Below, piece by piece: positions 57,988 through 64,000 of a stretch of DNA of 64,000 nt. Source of the stretch: Armatimonadota bacterium (GTDB lineage Bacteria > Armatimonadota > UBA5829 > DTLH01); contig JBBRAE010000002.1 of NCBI GenBank assembly GCA_038207085.1, positions 96,001-160,000 of the forward strand, in the 5' to 3' direction. Below the pieces are notes generated by a model that was not told the DNA's origin, did no database searches, and saw only the letters and a list, made by a program, of their open reading frames with translations. Position 1 is the first letter of the stretch, and every line of letters begins with the position of its first letter. The position numbers and the translations under genes are program-made.

Positions 57988-58320
57988 AAAAAGCCCCACT
58001 CGTCCCTGTGATCAACAAGGACGAGAGGGGCCTCTCGTGGTACCACCTTGGTTCCCGATGCTTTTCGCACCGGCTCAAATTAGGGCTGTAACGGGCCAAC
58101 CCGGCGAATCCTACCCTGCTAACCGCTAACCTGCATTATTCACGAGAAGCGTGAATAATGCTCTCTTAGCAAGAGCTTTATTCGCTTCACGAATAAAGTG
58201 GGCTAACAGCTCAAACCCGCGGCTCCGGGGCGACTTTCGAGCGATGCCCTGTCGGGAGATTTCCAGCTTCCTCTCCTTCTCTGGGACCGGCTATTCGCCT
58301 ACTCCTCCCCATCAACGCCT
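57988..58320 (-). promoter_or_regulatory. T-box riboswitch (Val specifier) with intrinsic terminator
   Basis: GCGTTGA..GGAGTAG, AGAGA, GCTG; GAAA-GTC specifier (58232-58234); CCGTTA; AAGGTGGTACCACG T-box (58036-58049); terminator hairpin followed by TTTTT. Confidence 0.92.
58130..58202 (+). mobile_element. 73-bp MITE, copy 2 (TSD CTAA), inside the T-box leader
   Basis: CTAA at 58126-58129 and 58203-58206. Confidence 0.85.
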
Positions 58321-58528
58321 ATTTTATGTTATCAAATTCTTCGCGAGATATTCCCGCATCCCGCAGGATACGATAGAGTAGCCCGTCTTCTATGTCACTC
58401 CCATGCGGATTGGGAATAGCTATCTTGTGGGTTCCGCGCATCATAAATGGATGCCTGCTACCAGGTTTCGGCCCTACGTATCCAAGCAGTTTGAGGCGTC
58501 GTATGAACTCTCGGCGACTGATAGGCAA
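58319..58528 (-). CDS. hicA: HicA family toxin
   Basis: GSRHPFM, IPNPHG, ILRDAGIS. Confidence 0.92.
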   Translation of the reverse strand: MPISRREFIRRLKLLGYVGPKPGSRHPFMMRGTHKIAIPNPHGSDIEDGLLYRILRDAGISREEFDNIK

Positions 58529-58529
58529 T

Positions 58530-58778
58530 CTATGCGGCCTCAGTTTGAGCCTTCTCGTTTAGGTCGAGACCATCTATGACGGGTATCTCGTGTCCGAGCC
58601 TGACCCCAAGTAGAAGCCAATCCTCAATCACTTCTCGCAAAGTCTCTCGACACTGTTCAAGGGTATCCCCATCAGCCCAAGCACCCTGAAGAGCAGGAAC
58701 GTGACCGTAGAACCGGCCATCTTCCATAATCTCGTAGTGAGCTTGTTTCATAGCAGCCTGAACGTAATCGGTAAACAT
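58530..58778 (-). CDS. hicB: HicB family antitoxin (short form, no obvious DNA-binding domain)
   Basis: FYGHVPALQGAWADGDTLEQCRETLREVIEDW. Confidence 0.92.
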   Translation of the reverse strand: MFTDYVQAAMKQAHYEIMEDGRFYGHVPALQGAWADGDTLEQCRETLREVIEDWLLLGVRLGHEIPVIDGLDLNEKAQTEAA

Positions 58779-58850
58779 ATTGGCCTCCGCGCAACTCACA
58801 CCATTTTACCCCGATATCCCCCGCTTGTAAATGGCCCGTACATTGCTTAG

Positions 58851-58923
58851 CCCGCTTTATTCGTGAAGCGAATAAAGCTTTCGCTAACAGAGCATTATTC
58901 ACGCTACTCGTGAATAATGCGGG
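58851..58923 (-). mobile_element. 73-bp MITE, copy 3 (TSD TTAG)
   Basis: TTAG at 58847-58850 and 58924-58927; inverted relative to copies 1 and 2. Confidence 0.85.
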
Positions 58924-58994
58924 TTAGGGCGACAAGCGATATTCTGCTTGCCGCCCCGCTGTTCTCCAGTCTAATCCCTTGGTGCGTCTGAATG

Positions 58995-59954
58995 TTATGC
59001 GGATATCCTCAGATCGAGTTCCACGTCCTCAAGACAACACGCCACGAGCTCTTCCATGGTCGTCGTTCCTACGCAGATGCAGGTGTCGCCTGCGCCGTAG
59101 AATACCTTGACCCCTCCGTTGTGGCGGTTGGGGACCGCTCCGCAGGAGAAGACGACGTTTCCGATGTCGCCGATGCGCTCGTAATACTCACGGGGCGCAA
59201 GCACCGGCACGGCGGAGCGGCCGATTACCTTGGACGGGTCCTCAAGATCGAGGAGCACGACGCCCAGGCGATAAACGGGACCGCCGGAGGTGCATTTTAC
59301 ACCGTGATAGATCTCAAGCCAACCCTGAGGGGTCTCGATGGGAGGGGCGCTCGCGCCGATCCGCTCGGAGTCCCAGAACCCGCCGCGGATGGTCATCACG
59401 CAGCGAGAATCACCCCAGTGCTTGAGGTCGTTTGAGTAAGAAATCCAGATGTTGCCCAGGCCGCCGGCGAGCGGCCGGTCAAGGCGAGCAAATCTGCCGT
59501 TGATCTTTCTTGGGAAAAGCGCCCCGTCCTTGTTCTCCGGCTCGGAGATAAGGCCGTACCGCTTGAACTTCTTGAAGTCCTTGGTGCTTGCCAGCGCAAG
59601 GCATGCGCCAAAGCAGGAGTAGGCCGTATACATGATGTAATAGGTCCCCTCGCAATAGCTGATGCGGGGGTCCTCGATACCACGCTGCTCGTAGCTCTTG
59701 AACGGCTCCTCTTCAGACGGCTGCATCGCAGGAAGCGGGTCCACTACGAAATGGAACCCGTCTTTGCTGCGGGCGAGGGCGAACACGGAGCGACCCTTCA
59801 GGTCCTCCACTCTAAGCAGCAACAGGTAATCTTCTTCGAACATCACGGCGCCGGCGTTGAACACCGAATTACACCGAAAGGGAATGTCCTCCACGGTGAT
59901 CATGGGGTTCCCTTCCCATCGATGTATAACGTCTCGTCCTGAAATCCTCGGCAT
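58995..59954 (-). CDS. GH130 glycoside phosphorylase/hydrolase
   Basis: SVFNAGA, GIEDPR, NKDGALFP, WLEIYHGV, NVVF. Confidence 0.93.
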   Translation of the reverse strand: MPRISGRDVIHRWEGNPMITVEDIPFRCNSVFNAGAVMFEEDYLLLLRVEDLKGRSVFALARSKDGFHFVVDPLPAMQPSEEEPFKSYEQRGIEDPRISYCEGTYYIMYTAYSCFGACLALASTKDFKKFKRYGLISEPENKDGALFPRKINGRFARLDRPLAGGLGNIWISYSNDLKHWGDSRCVMTIRGGFWDSERIGASAPPIETPQGWLEIYHGVKCTSGGPVYRLGVVLLDLEDPSKVIGRSAVPVLAPREYYERIGDIGNVVFSCGAVPNRHNGGVKVFYGAGDTCICVGTTTMEELVACCLEDVELDLRISA

Positions 59955-60336
59955 CTTTCTGACCTCTCCTTCTAATGGTCGGCGTCCGCGGGGTTATCCG
60001 CGTCGCAAAACTTGTTTATGTTAATATCTTCCGTAATTTCGCCGGGTGGCTTACTATTGTTATCGGGAAAGACCCCCGTATTTCTTTATGGTAATTATCG
60101 ACGAGCTTGCTAAACAATTTCGTGCTATAATTTTGAGTGAGGGTGTTAAATATTGCCCTCTTGGCGCCGCCACACGGATGACCGAGACGACGACATCTGC
60201 GTAGATCACGCCCGGGGGAAAGAAGCCGACGTTGGATAGACCCGAACCTCGCCCAGCAAAAGAACGGTTGCAAGTCGAACGTGCAACGCAGTAAGATTTG
60301 AAGTACAATACAAACGCATCGAGGAGGATACATACA

Positions 60337-60927
60337 TTGAACAAGAAACTCACAATCGCGCTCGCCGCAGTGGTGGGCATTTCAGGGCTTGCCGCAGTGG
60401 CCCAGACCGATCCGAACACGCAGCCGGGGCCGCCGCCACAGCGCATGATGGGGCCTGCGTGTCCGACATCGGCGCTTATGGTGCCGCCGCCCATGTTCAC
60501 TGAACGGGCTCCGAGCATTCTACAGCTCTCCGAAGCCCAGCGTATACAGCTAAAGGATATTCTGACCAAAGCGCAGGAGTCCCTGAAGCCGCTCCGCGAG
60601 TCGGCGTCCAAGGCATCGGGCGAGCTACGTGACGCGGTCATGGCCCCTGAGTCCGATGCTGCGAAGGTCCAGTCGCTCAAGGAAACTGCAATGAAGAGCG
60701 AGGCCGATGTTCTCAATATGGAGATAGGCATCTGGACCAAGTTCAAGGCGGTCTTGAACGCAGAGCAGCTCATGATGTACACGAACCTGTTCCGCCCCAC
60801 TCCCAGGCAGAGCCCTCCTCCCGTAGGCGGCACGCCGGGGCAGCAGTCGCCTGGAATCACAGGCAAGGTAGACCCGAACTCCCAGCCCGTGCCGGTGGAG
60901 CCCCCTCCTCCAGCACCTGGTCAGTAA
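60337..60927 (+). CDS. Secreted Spy/CpxP-like helical protein
   Basis: Signal peptide, LQLSEAQ and VLNAEQ (LTxxQ-like) motifs, Pro-rich tails; GAGGAGG RBS plus TTG start. Confidence 0.75.
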   Translation: MNKKLTIALAAVVGISGLAAVAQTDPNTQPGPPPQRMMGPACPTSALMVPPPMFTERAPSILQLSEAQRIQLKDILTKAQESLKPLRESASKASGELRDAVMAPESDAAKVQSLKETAMKSEADVLNMEIGIWTKFKAVLNAEQLMMYTNLFRPTPRQSPPPVGGTPGQQSPGITGKVDPNSQPVPVEPPPPAPGQ

Positions 60928-60996
60928 TCAGTAATAACAAAAGAGGCGTCGACCATGCGGCCTACGCCTCTTTTGTTGCAAATCCAATAACGCGGG

Positions 60997-62004
60997 CTAA
61001 ACGACCAGCACCCTCTCACCTTTTTTGGAGCTTTCCATCGCCGCAAAGACCATCGCAAGCGACTTGATGTTGTCGTGGCACTCGGTCTGGGGTTTCTTGC
61101 CGGTCCGCAGGAAGTCGAGCATCTCGCGGAGCGCTCCGTGCTGCGCCCCGAACTCGAGGTTGGACTGGGTGATCTGCGCATCGGCAAGCTGCCTGGTGAA
61201 ACCTTCGTCGCTCGTGACGACTTGTCCCCGTGGGTCGTTGTCGTGCTCGTAGATCAGTGTTCCCAAGTCACCGATGATCCTCCAGTCGCCGTTCCAGCTC
61301 GTGTGGCAGCCCTCGGCGCACCAGCTCCCCCTGTAGGTGAACACCACGCCGTCGGTCATCTCAAAGATACAGCTTGCGGCGACGTCGCCTTTATACCAGG
61401 AGCCTTTGGGGTTAAACTCGTGAGCGTAGACGGCGACTGGGTCGAGCCCGGTCATAAAGCGCACGAGGTCGAAGTGGTGGATCGCCATATCGAGAATAAG
61501 CGGGCTCGGCATCTCGTCGCGGAACCCTCCGAAGTGCGCGCCGATGTAAAAGTCGCAGTTGGCGGTGGTGATCGATCCGAACTCACCGGACTCCACCGTC
61601 AGGCGGATGGTATCGTGCTTGGCGTCCCACCTGCGCGACTGGCCGACCATATACATAAGCCCGGTTTCTTCGGCGGTTTTCACCATCCGGCGCGCTTCGT
61701 CCATACTGTTTGCCATCGGTTTTTCGCCGATGACATGGCACCCAGCCTGCAGCGCGGTGCATGTGACCTCGCAGTGGGCATCGGGAATGGTGACGTCGAC
61801 TACAAAGTCGGGTTTGGTGTCATCAAGCGCCGACTTCAAGTCACTTGAGGCAATCGCCTGCAGATTGAACTGCGCGATCTTATCCTTGGCCGCATCAACG
61901 TTGATATCGACGACGCCGACGACCTCGATGCCTTCCTTTTCAAGCACAGAAAACCATGCGTGTGACATGCCCCCCGCGCCGATAACTAAAGCTTTCTCGC
62001 TCAA
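60997..62004 (-). CDS. Gfo/Idh/MocA family oxidoreductase
   Basis: IGAGGM, EKPM, DMAIHHFD. Confidence 0.93.
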   Translation of the reverse strand: MSEKALVIGAGGMSHAWFSVLEKEGIEVVGVVDINVDAAKDKIAQFNLQAIASSDLKSALDDTKPDFVVDVTIPDAHCEVTCTALQAGCHVIGEKPMANSMDEARRMVKTAEETGLMYMVGQSRRWDAKHDTIRLTVESGEFGSITTANCDFYIGAHFGGFRDEMPSPLILDMAIHHFDLVRFMTGLDPVAVYAHEFNPKGSWYKGDVAASCIFEMTDGVVFTYRGSWCAEGCHTSWNGDWRIIGDLGTLIYEHDNDPRGQVVTSDEGFTRQLADAQITQSNLEFGAQHGALREMLDFLRTGKKPQTECHDNIKSLAMVFAAMESSKKGERVLVV

Positions 62005-62128
62005 AATTTGTGCTCCTAACTAGTGCACGCTAGAACTTAATCCTGCGCGTATGCCGCAGCATGTGTTTTCGCGTGCGAGGCCTTGTAGATAGATGTGTGG
62101 AATCTAACACATATAGGTTAATCCAACA

Positions 62129-62385
62129 CTAGCGATAAATATCTCGCCTGTGACCTATGCGCAAAACAGTGACTGATGGCTCCAAATCGTCTATGTCGTA
62201 GATGACTCGGTAGTCGCCGATGCGGAGTCGCCAACCATCGCGTCCAACCAGTTGGCGAGATTGTGGCGGCCGTGGATCATTCGCAAGGGCAAAAATGGAC
62301 TCCTTGACCCTTATATAGACTTTCGCAGGCAGATCGGCAAGCTCTTCCGCGCTCTGCGCGTTACAAGTAATCGATGCTGGCTCAC
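62129..62385 (-). pseudogene. relE: RelE/ParE family toxin with a 1-nt frameshift
   Basis: GTG start overlaps the antitoxin stop; frame 1 stops early; the shifted frame reads ELADLP...NDPRPP...WRLRIGDYRVIY...IGHRRDIYR*; span is 257 nt. Confidence 0.85.
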
Positions 62386-62585
62386 TTCTTCGAGTGCTCT
62401 ATCTCTTCGATGGCCTGGTCAAATGGGATGATTTCGTCTTTGCAGGCTTTTGCCTCGTCGTACGCGCGGACCGACTGTAGTTCATCTATCTGATCGAGCA
62501 TTCTTTGGTATTCTGCGCTGTCCAGAATCACACTGACCCGTTTTCCATTTTCATTGACTATAAACTTCTCTTTGGATCTAGGCAT
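62382..62585 (-). CDS. Putative antitoxin
   Basis: FIVNENGKRVSVIL...DELQSVRAYDEAK...IPFDQA; directly upstream of relE. Confidence 0.8.
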   Translation of the reverse strand: MPRSKEKFIVNENGKRVSVILDSAEYQRMLDQIDELQSVRAYDEAKACKDEIIPFDQAIEEIEHSKK

Positions 62586-62651
62586 TGCCAAACCCTCCAA
62601 CGCGGACATTGTAGCACAACGCTACAGATCACACAACGAAATATTTGCTAT

Positions 62652-62711
62652 CCCGCTTTATTCGTGAAGCGAATAAAGCTTTCTATTCACGCTCCTCGTG
62701 AATAATGCAGG
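62652..62711 (-). mobile_element. MITE, copy 4, 60 bp with an internal deletion (TSD CTAT)
   Basis: CTAT at 62648-62651 and 62712-62715. Confidence 0.8.
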
Positions 62712-64000
62712 CTATCCCATCTCGACTGTGACTTCATGCACCTTCATGTCCTGAAAATCGGGGACCGCGTGGCCGTGGCGGACGGTTTTGCCGTCGACGG
62801 TCATCTTGCGCACGCCGCGTTCGACGCCTGTGGGGTTGTGGACCGCTATTCGGTAGATGGCCTCGCGGAACGGGCGGATCATAGAAAACTCGCGCCAGTC
62901 GGGGGGGACACAGGGGTCGATGCGCAGGCCGGGGTAGTCGGGGCGAACGCCGAGGATCCAGTCCGTCATCATCCGCCAGACCCACGACGCGACCCCAGGG
63001 GGCCAGGAAGAGTCCGACCTGCCAAGCTCGCCTGATCCCGGACCGCGCAGGAACTCGACGTGGGTGTAGGGCTCGCCGTCGTAATCACTGCCAAGAGACC
63101 GAACCGATGGCATAAGCTCCCGAAGCGCCGCATGCGCCCGCGCGCCACCTCCCAGAATACACTCGGTCATCACCAGCCACGCGCCGGAGATCGTTGATAT
63201 TCCACCATTGTCGCGCAGTCCCGGTCTGTAGCGGGTGATCGTGCCGATGTGCCTGTCGGGACGCACGTAGGGCGGGTCTAGGGTTGTGGGCCCGAGGTCG
63301 GTCCGCAGCCGGTCCCTCACGCTTGCCATTACGGCCTCAGTGCGAGCGGGGTTTGCGGCCCCTGAGATGATCGACCATATCTGTGGGAGAAGATACAGGC
63401 GGGAAACCGCGCCCGCGCCGCTTCCGATGGGGTCTTTGCGGTCGTCGGTTGCGCGCAGGTACCAGGCCCCGTCCCAGGCGTGGGTGTTTATGCGCCTTGA
63501 TATCTCGCGGCTCTTGGCGTTCCAGACCCGGGCGCGGGTGCGGTCGTCCCTCAAGGTCGCGACCACTGCGGCCTCTGAGAGCGCCCAGGCGGCCATCATC
63601 GAGGTGAGCACGCTTTCGCCCACGCCTTCGGCCCCGGCTTGGTCGAGGTCGTCGTTCCAGTCGCCGGGCCCGACCAGCGACAGCCCGCGCGGGCTCATCT
63701 GAGAAAGCAGAAACTCGATCGCCCGGATCATGTGCTCGTAGATCGACGCGGGGCTTTGGCTGTAGTAGTATTTGGTGCGGTCGTTCAAAAAGTCGAGGTC
63801 GCCGGTTTCTTTCAAGTAACTCGTCACTGCGAAAATGAGCCATACTGCGTCGTCAAGGTGCCCGGTGCGCGTCCCTACGTCGCTTCGCGGTTCCCAGTTG
63901 TGGACCGCGCTTCCGTCCCTGTGCTGGTGCTGGATGATCTCGACCAGACGGAGCTTCCCAGCGTAGGGGTCCATCGGCAGGATCCCGAGGATGTCGTAGC
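62712..64000 (-). CDS. GH94 glycoside phosphorylase, C-terminal part; 5' end outside the window
   Basis: DDAVWL, GDWNDDL, WDGAWYLRA, GLRIDPCVP, VHNPTGV. Confidence 0.9.
   Translation of the reverse strand, partial: YDILGILPMDPYAGKLRLVEIIQHQHRDGSAVHNWEPRSDVGTRTGHLDDAVWLIFAVTSYLKETGDLDFLNDRTKYYYSQSPASIYEHMIRAIEFLLSQMSPRGLSLVGPGDWNDDLDQAGAEGVGESVLTSMMAAWALSEAAVVATLRDDRTRARVWNAKSREISRRINTHAWDGAWYLRATDDRKDPIGSGAGAVSRLYLLPQIWSIISGAANPARTEAVMASVRDRLRTDLGPTTLDPPYVRPDRHIGTITRYRPGLRDNGGISTISGAWLVMTECILGGGARAHAALRELMPSVRSLGSDYDGEPYTHVEFLRGPGSGELGRSDSSWPPGVASWVWRMMTDWILGVRPDYPGLRIDPCVPPDWREFSMIRPFREAIYRIAVHNPTGVERGVRKMTVDGKTVRHGHAVPDFQDMKVHEVTVEMG

Noticed and set aside
58126..58927. Composite transposon formed by inverted MITE copies 2 and 3 around hicBA
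   Set aside because: Each copy has its own TSD on both sides, which indicates independent insertions, and the interval includes T-box stem I, which belongs to the native valS leader.
58120..58930. Integron attC sites (CTAAC...GTTAG look-alikes next to TA genes)
   Set aside because: The CTAA and TTAG are target duplications that differ between copies, the structure is two hairpins rather than one attC stem, and there is no integrase or cassette array.

Overview
A GC-rich bacterial chromosome segment with about 60 genes, mostly housekeeping or metabolic (rpsT, holA, kdsB, tsaC, lepB, accDA, mreB-like, murA, dapA, folC, pcrA, nfo, valS). It combines diderm envelope genes (kdsB, RfaE-type transferase) with Firmicute-like regulation (sigH, T-box, SLH protein, partner-switching proteins). 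That mix suggests a diderm Terrabacteria lineage such as Armatimonadota (inference only). No rRNA, tRNA, CRISPR array, prophage or transposase was seen. Main non-routine signals: (1) a 73-bp MITE in four copies, each with its own 4-bp target-site duplication, one of them inside the valS T-box riboswitch; (2) an apparent single transcription unit hicB-hicA / Val T-box / unknown membrane gene / valS; (3) a GTTT-N16/17-GGGTAW (sigmaB/sigmaF-type) promoter motif upstream of many dispersed stress-type and unknown genes, possibly also driving a ~65-nt sRNA, in a window that also encodes anti-sigma, STAS and PP2C proteins; (4) a lower-GC island with an XRE regulator, a NotI-family endonuclease and a Dam-like methyltransferase; (5) several other dispersed repeat families and a frameshifted relE. 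All protein calls come from recognising motifs by eye; no database searches were run.
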